A DNA stretch of 64,000 bases, taken from assembly GCF_006345805.1 (NCBI RefSeq), contig NC_043003.1, positions 41,974,001-42,038,000 of the forward strand. Direction: 5' to 3'. Origin of the DNA: Octopus sinensis. Lineage: Eukaryota. Every line of letters starts with the position of its first letter. Within the stretch, counting starts at the first letter, position 1. The translations under genes and the position numbers were made by a program. Below, piece by piece: positions 56,091 through 64,000 of this stretch. The notes beneath the pieces are model-generated. The model had not been told where the DNA came from. It did not search any database and saw only the letters and a list, made by a program, of their open reading frames with translations.

Positions 56091-56499
56091 TTTGAATATT
56101 CAACGCACAAATATTCATTGAAATTCTGTTTTCTATTCTCATTCTATCTACATAAAATTTGATGAAGGAAAAAATTTTTACAGAATGATAATGAATTTTC
56201 CTACAGGATAAATTATTGTTTTTTTTTTTTATTTTTGTTTTTTCTTCATTAAATTCATATCAGTTCCAGAAATGGCCAGAAAGCAAGAAATATGTATCGC
56301 AATGTAAATGAAATCTATAGTAGAAAGTTCAAGGAATGGACTAAAGCTGTTGCTATGCTGAAGAGTGTAAATGTTATCCGTCAACAATTAGTTTAGAAAT
56401 TTGGAACCAGTGTGATGGATTTCTTCATTACTCTAATTCAAATAAATCGTGACGTCATATCATGAGGAGGAACAACGCAGAAATAACTTAATCTTATAA

Positions 56500-56722
56500 T
56501 ATTGGTTTCAAATTTTAGCACAAGGCAAGCAATTTTTTTTTGGGGGGGGGGTGTAATTCGATTACAACGAATCCAATGTTCAACTGATACTTAATTTATG
56601 GACCCAAAAAGGATGAGAGAGAAAATAGACCTCGGCAGAATTTGAACTCAGAACGTAAAGACGGGCGAAATGCCGCTAAGCATTTTGTACGGAGTGCAAC
56701 GATTCTGCCAGCTTGCCACCTT
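56500..56722 (-). mobile_element. SINE family B-related, near full length
   Basis: gacctcggcagaatttgaactcagaacgtaaagacgggcgaaatgccgctaagcatttt...gattctgccagcttgccacc. Confidence 0.88.
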
Positions 56723-56937
56723 AACTGACATTTTAATATTGATGGTTACAAACTTTTGCTCGAACCGATCTGAATAAAATACACTATTTAAAAAAAAAAA
56801 AAGTGAGTTTGATTCAGATAGTTTTCTGGGAGTCAGTCAGGCTACCAGAAAAATACCTCACACCATGTAGTAATCAAACAAGTTCTCTCTTTCTTCCAGT
56901 CACTCTGTATGCTTGTCTGTCTGTCTCTGTCTCTCTA

Positions 56938-57013
<76 letters not shown>

Positions 57014-57876
57014 TACTATTTCTTTCTATCTCTCTTCCTGTCACTCTTCTCACTTCTGTAATCTTTCTATGTCTAAGACTCTGATAGCATGTAGTAAGCG
57101 AATACGTACTCTCCCTCCCTCACTCTCTTCACCTCACACTTACACAGACACGGACGCACACACACAGACACACACACACACACACACACACCACACACAA
57201 ACACACATATGCACACGCACAAACACACATATGCACACGCACAAACACACATATTATAAGAAACACGAAACACATATATCTCATTCTTCCTCTCACTTGT
57301 CTCTCCTCTCTCTTGTTCTTTCTCTTTCTCTCTCTCTCTCTCTCTCTGTCAATCTATCTAGCCCTCTCCACATATGAATGAGGTGATATATATAAATATA
57401 CAACGAGCTTCCTAACCATCTCCAATAAAAAAAAACAGACATTTAAAAGGTACATTTTTCAAAGATTTTGGAAGACAACTTCATAAGGTCTCACGCCGAG
57501 AGGACGAAATCGAAACCATTTTGTGTCTTAACGTATTTCTCAACCACACAACCGTACAGAACTCTGTATATTCAGTCAATTCCACAAATATTCTCCTAGC
57601 GTTTCGCGGTTCGTTTCAATTTTTTTTCCATGATATCAGGCAGCAGTGCCATGATTTAAGACATCCATTATAGTCACTGACGTTTTGCAACTTACCAATT
57701 TCGTGTCAGCAATTTTTGAAAAAAAACCTAAATAAGAGAATAAATAATGGCATGTTTTATATATTCAATTCAGGTGATAGGATATATATTAGCTGTCTAA
57801 GTATAACAAAGCACCGCTCTCTATGTGAACACAAAACACACACACAGACACATACACACATATGTATACATATATA

Positions 57877-57958
<82 letters not shown>

Positions 57959-58409
57959 CGTGTGTGTGTGCATGTGTGTGTATATGTGTACATGTATATA
58001 TATAAATATACATATATATATATATACATATGTATACATATACATATTTACACATACACCACACACATACATAAATATGTGTATATATATATATATATAT
58101 ATACATATATATAATATATATATATAAGATATGAGTGTGTGTTTCTATGTATATATGACTGCCAGGGAAGTCAATTACGGAAGCCAGTGTGGTAATATTG
58201 AAATTCTATCTGAACACATAGAGCATCTTTGTTGTCGATGTTGGGAGAGCATTAGAGAAATCTTTGTAATACGAGATTTGAAATGTATGTTGGAATGAAT
58301 AGTTTAGTAAGGATGAATATATACACACACACACACACACACACCACATATATATATATATATTATATTATATATATATTATATATATATATATATACAT
58401 ATATATATG

Positions 58410-58442
<33 letters not shown>

Positions 58443-58460
58443 GTATATATATATGTATAT

Positions 58461-58493
<33 letters not shown>

Positions 58494-58509
58494 GTAAATA
58501 TATATGTAT

Positions 58510-58580
58510 AACTTAGATAACTTAGATATGTTTCGACTAAAGATTGGTCCAGGCCATGTCTAACTTAATAGCACCACCTG
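58510..58580 (-). mobile_element. Orphan 70-bp 3' tail of the second LINE family
   Basis: caggccatgtctaacttaatagcaccacctg is identical to the sequence at about 3639-3669; ends in (tatctaagt)2. Confidence 0.9.
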
Positions 58581-58587
58581 ATGTTAT

Positions 58588-58624
<37 letters not shown>

Positions 58625-58638
58625 TGTATGTATGTATG

Positions 58639-58696
<58 letters not shown>

Positions 58697-58832
58697 CATA
58701 TGCATACATACATATATATTATATGTGTATATATATATATATATAATGTGTGTGCCTGTGCTTATGTGTGTTAATATTAGATACACGTTCACATATAGAC
58801 AGACACACATAAATACATTATTTAATATATAT

Positions 58833-59210
58833 CAACCGCATGGTTCCCGGTTCAGTCCCACTGCGTGGCACCTTGGGTAAGTATCTTCTACTATAGCCTC
58901 AGGCCGACCAAAGCCTTGTGAGTGGATTTGGTAGACGGAAACTGAAAGAAGCCCGTCGTATATGGTATATATATATATATATATGTATGCGTGTGTGTGT
59001 TTGTGTGTCTGTGTTTGTCCCCTAGCATTGCTTGACAACCGATGCTGGTGTGTTTATGTCCCCGTCACTTAGCGGTTCGGCAAAAGAGACCGATAGAATA
59101 AGTACTCGGCTTACAAAAGAATAAGTCCCGAAGTCGAGTTGCTCGATTAAAGGCGGTGCTCCAGCATGGCCGCAGTCAAATGACTGAAACAAGTAAAAGA
59201 ATAAAGAGAG
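58833..59210 (+). mobile_element. SINE family A, head slightly truncated, internal (TA)n(TG)n
   Basis: Collinear with 15910-16378. Confidence 0.95.
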
Positions 59211-59311
59211 TATATATATACATACATGTATATGTATACGTGTATACATATAAGCACATATATATATATATGCGTGTGTGTGTTTACACACACACATTTA
59301 TGTACAGTGCA

Positions 59312-59398
<87 letters not shown>
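59312..59398. repeat. (GATA)n microsatellite
   Basis: Direct. Confidence 0.97.
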
Positions 59399-60335
59399 TA
59401 AGTTAGTTGGGTAGGTATAAGTTTCTTAAAGAGGATGTATTATTCAGACAGTGTAGGATGGGTCAGTAAATGAAATGAAGGAGAAAATTAATGTAATTAA
59501 TGTACACCTGGGACGAATTTCTTCCGTCTGTATTATTTAACGGAAATAAAACACTGCGCACGAAATGACGCATGCTAAAACACGAAAACGTACACACTTA
59601 CAGAGAATCAGAGACAGACACTTAGACAAATGCATACATCCATTTATACATACATGCGTACATGCATCCATACATACGTACATATATACATTCATATATG
59701 TATACATACGTACAACATACATATGGACATACAGCCATCTATGCATACATACATGGTTCCATATGTCCATACATTCAACCATCCATTCATCCAGCCATCT
59801 ATCCATTCTTCTATCCAACCACCCATCCATCCATCCATCCATCCATTTAATACATGTATACACAGACATACATACACATATATGTATGCGCGTGCATATA
59901 TATATATATATATATATATTATTATATATATATATATCGTTTTGGAATTTGGTTTGCAAGATTTTATAATATGAGTTCGTGTGTTGAAGCAAATTTTGTT
60001 GTGTCTGAGGAGAGTCATTTTCTTTTTGTGCCTTATAATGTAACACACACACCGGTAAAATTTCCACTTATTTCTTATTTTTGTCTTCCTAAAAGTTTCC
60101 TTGCGTCTTGCAATCTTTTCAATAGTCTTTTCACTGTAAATAACGGTTGCAGCACGAAGTTTTGTCAGTGAACAGGTCGCGGTCTCAAAGCGACGAAAAT
60201 ATTTTGACAAATTAAATTTAAATGTTGAAGTGAATCTAACGGTTTTTGTGTGTTTCTTAAATGGCTTATAAACACCTTCCACTATATATATGTATGTATA
60301 CATACATACTTTTTATCTATCTATCTACCTATCTA

Positions 60336-60423
<88 letters not shown>

Positions 60424-60427
60424 TATT

Positions 60428-60890
60428 TCATCTAGTTTCAGCTCACGAGCTGTGGTGGCCATGCTGGGGCACCGCCATTTGGTGTTGCTACATGATTTTA
60501 CTTCACGAATGCTTTTTAGCAATTGGCATTTGGTGCACGAGAGAGTTTGATGCAGCTGCCCTCATCTGCACCTCCTGCCACGAAGTTGGTTCATCTGTGA
60601 CACCTGACAGGAAGAGATCCAGCTTTATTTTGAAGTCACCCACATCCACCCCATGTAGGTCTCTCCGGTCCTTCAGGAGGATATTGAAGAGCTGTAGACC
60701 TCTGAAGGCCAGGCTATGGCAGTATCTTGTCCTACATCTGGATGGCAAATTTGGAGTTCTTGGCACTATGCAGTGGCGCCCAGTTCTAGTGTTTGTGTAA
60801 CTCTAGATACCAAAGTTTGGGACAAGTCCTTCCAGGATCTTCCAGATGTATATTATGGCATATCACTCTCGCCACAATAGAACCCATCAT
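60428..60890 (-). mobile_element. CR1/L2-type LINE 3' fragment, related to 1524-3568
   Basis: RTRYCHSLAFRGLQLFNIL.KD.RDLHGVDV..FKIKLDLFL plus the shared tail. Confidence 0.93.
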
Positions 60891-61274
60891 TAGAACTGTA
60901 AAAATCTGTAAAACTTCCCAGAAGTTTATCATTTATGTATATATGACCATGTCTAGACATGCAAGTATATGCATGAATATACATACATAAAACAAAACAT
61001 ACAAGTCTCCACATATATATACATACAAAAATACCCTATTGATGTTTTTGAAATTCCAATTTAAGGTGTCTTGGATCTAGGATAGAAATCGCCTCTTTCT
61101 CTATTGGCGAGAGATTGTGAAATAAAACTGAATAATGACATACATACATACATACATACATACATACATACGTACATACATACATACATGCATGCATACA
61201 TACATACATACATACATACATACATACATACATTACACACACATGCACACACACACGCACATACACACACAAAC

Positions 61275-61380
61275 ACAAAGTATCGGGGTCGATTCTTTCG
61301 ACTAAGAAGTAATTCTTCAAGGTGATGCTTTAGCATGGCCCCAGTCTAATGAGTGAAACCAGTAAAAGATTAAAGAAATA
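61275..61380 (+). mobile_element. SINE family A tail fragment
   Basis: ggggtcgattctttcgact...ggtgatgctttagcatggccccagtctaatgagtgaaac. Confidence 0.75.
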
Positions 61381-61387
61381 ATAGAAA

Positions 61388-61434
<47 letters not shown>

Positions 61435-62290
61435 CACGCACACACCCACACACACCCGCGCACACAAACATGCACTACTAACGCGAAGCTATGATGGGAA
61501 ATAAACACAATTATTTCGAATATGTTTGTGGCATATTTCAACGTTTTATGGCAGTTTACGGCGGAAAAAAATAATTCTCGCTATGGTAAAATGCGTAAAT
61601 ACACAATTATCAAATCAGTGGTGCTTTGCTGGAACTCTAGATGCATTTCTTGCTCGTTATGCCGTCTCCAGTAATGCTTTCCAATACAAGGTAACTGAAG
61701 AAGATATTCATGTATTGAGAGAAAGAACCCCAGATTTTTAAAAAATCATTGTTTTTTAAGCTGATGAAACACACTTCTACCATATTTGTTTGAAGTTTCT
61801 CAGAGATGATGATTTAATAAAATAAGGTGCTTTGGCATTTAAAGTTGATGGAAATCGAGATGCTCTTTAAATGTACAGCGCTGAAACGGCAGCCAGTCTT
61901 GCTCTTGTGCAAAGAATTTCAAGGGACAACGTGCTCCAACATCGAATGAAGGACAAGCAGAATTATTAGAGAAATGAACAGTGAATTTGGATCCTGGAAG
62001 ACGTGTAGCTTAGATGAAGGAGGCAACAAATAATTACATGGGGTAAGGAAGTAGTGGTAGTTTCATGTAGGATGTGACTCTGGATATAGGAATATCTATG
62101 AATATCATATGGATGGTTTGGTCCTTTTGAATAGGGTAAGTGGGCAGGATTGAGAAAACAGTAGGAAATGGAGGGGGTGATTTTGGTATCTTCATTACTG
62201 TTGTACATACATCCGTTCAGTTTTGTAAACTGGGTGGGAGCTATCCCTTGTCGGAAAGAGCATTGCCGATTTCTTCCAAAGAAAAATGGA

Positions 62291-62306
62291 AGTAGTAGTG
62301 GTAGTA

Positions 62307-62393
<87 letters not shown>
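62291..62393. repeat. (TAG)n microsatellite
   Basis: Direct; source of the poly-S/L/Y ORFs. Confidence 0.97.
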
Positions 62394-62394
<1 letters not shown>

Positions 62395-62751
62395 AAACGG
62401 CAACAACAGCGGCAGCAAAAAGGTGACAGGAAAGAAAGATGAAGAAAATTATGGTTAAGAATGAAAATAGAGAAGAACAGAATTCGAGAGCAGAAACAAT
62501 AAGAACAACTACAACAATTACAACAATAACAACAACAACAATAATGACATGAAGTGCAAGGTGAAGAGAAACGTATAAATAACAAAAAATAAAAATAAAT
62601 AAAAAAAAACAAAATATAAAAATAGAAGTACATTTGAAAAAGAATGGTAATCAAGAATATCCTTTAAAGCTTGTTTGAATGCCACGAAATTCGAGTCGAA
62701 GAATATTATAAAGATTAACCGTCTTTACATTATGACTAAGTCTTTTGCTGC

Positions 62752-62782
<31 letters not shown>

Positions 62783-63557
62783 CGTTGTCATTGTTAATAC
62801 TAATGTTATAAATATTCTTGTTATTGTTGTTGCTGTCGTTGTTGTTGTCAGACGGTTTACATTCTTCTTGATGCTGATACGACGTACTCAAGAATTTTCC
62901 TTTTCGTTGTTATTGCGATCGCTGTTGCCAATGAGTTTGGCTCTCTTTCCTTTTATATTTCTGTGAATATTTTCCCCGTCTTCGGAATGTCTTTTTTATA
63001 TTTATTTCATATAGCTTTTTACCCTTTTGTTTACTTATTTATTTATTTATTTATTTAATTATAATTCGAATTTTTGTTAATTTTGTTCTTACTGTTACTC
63101 ATTTCCTTGTTGTTGTTTCTGTTCTAGTTGCTGTTGTTTAGTTATATTTTTCGTTCTGTTCTACCTGTTGTTGTTGTATTGTTACTTTTCTATTATCCGT
63201 TGTTCTTGCTGTTATGCTTTTTTCCTCTTGGTTCTATTATTGTCATTGCTATACCTGTATATGACATTATATTGTTGATTCCATTTTGCTGGCGAATTTC
63301 CTTTGACAAGATTCCTTTTCTTCTCTTTATGATAGTTTCCCATTTTAAAAAAATTTTTTTACTTTTCTTTTAAAATGCTTATTGTTTGTTTTCAGTAGCT
63401 GATGATGTTCTTGTTGTGGGGTTGGTTTTGACGTTACAGTTTTTGTTGTTGTATAACCCTGAGTGTGATCAAGCTAAGCAGTTTTATAATCAAAGACATT
63501 CCATTGGGGATTAACTTGCCTTTTCTTCTAGGCATTATCTATCTTTACATGTTCACC

Positions 63558-63611
<54 letters not shown>

Positions 63612-64000
63612 TTTGTAATAGGTTTTGTTTTACAAGGTGTGATTTTCGGAGATTCCACTGCAACTTTGAGCACCTTCAACAGTCAATTACAAAGACCCTT
63701 TCCTGGTTCGATGAACCCCATTTTTGGCTCTGGATTCTATTATAAGATGATGTTGATTTTGTTATTCTTGTTGTTCTTCTCCTTCTATTATCTTTCTTTC
63801 TCATCTTCCCTCTCCTCCACCGATTTCTCCACCTCCTCAACTTTCTCTTATTCCCCCTTCACCTCCCACTTCCTCCTCCTCCTTCCCCTCTTTCGCCTCT
63901 TCCTCTTTCGCTACTTCCTCTTTCGCTTCCTCCTCTTTCGCCTCCTTCTTCTGGGTTTTCGTCTTTTCGTGGTTGTTTTAGAATTTCCTCCTCGTTACTG

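Noticed and set aside
61619-61690. 72-nt open segment ending at aag|gtaact
   Set aside because: The acceptor lacks a pyrimidine tract and the peptide is unrecognised.

Overview
AT-rich, repeat-saturated eukaryotic DNA, very probably an Octopus genome; this call is from memory of the three tRNA-headed SINE families and the (TA)n/(TG)n landscape, not from a search. I found no convincing host gene. Almost all long ORFs in the track are translated microsatellites (IY/MY/TH/CV runs). Recognisable coding sequence is decayed transposon: three CR1/L2-type LINE copies, RTE, R4/Dong-like and Tx1/L1-like RT fragments, two Penelope-like GIY-YIG fragments, mariner, Tc1 and pogo/Tigger transposase relics, and a Helitron fragment. 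The best leads are: (1) a two-hairpin 3'-terminal RNA module with visible covariation, shared by two LINE families, the commonest SINE and two orphan 40-70 bp inserts; (2) LINEs inserted inside (TA)n tracts; (3) hammerhead-ribozyme-like motifs in Penelope-type terminal repeats, including a divergent inverted pair; (4) a MITE-like hairpin, a foldback element, a snap-back inversion in an unclassified repeat, and a 0.76 kb tandem duplication that looks like an assembly artefact. A few isolated exon candidates are flagged at low confidence. None of this establishes a new biological system. Boundaries of decayed elements are approximate (tens of bp).
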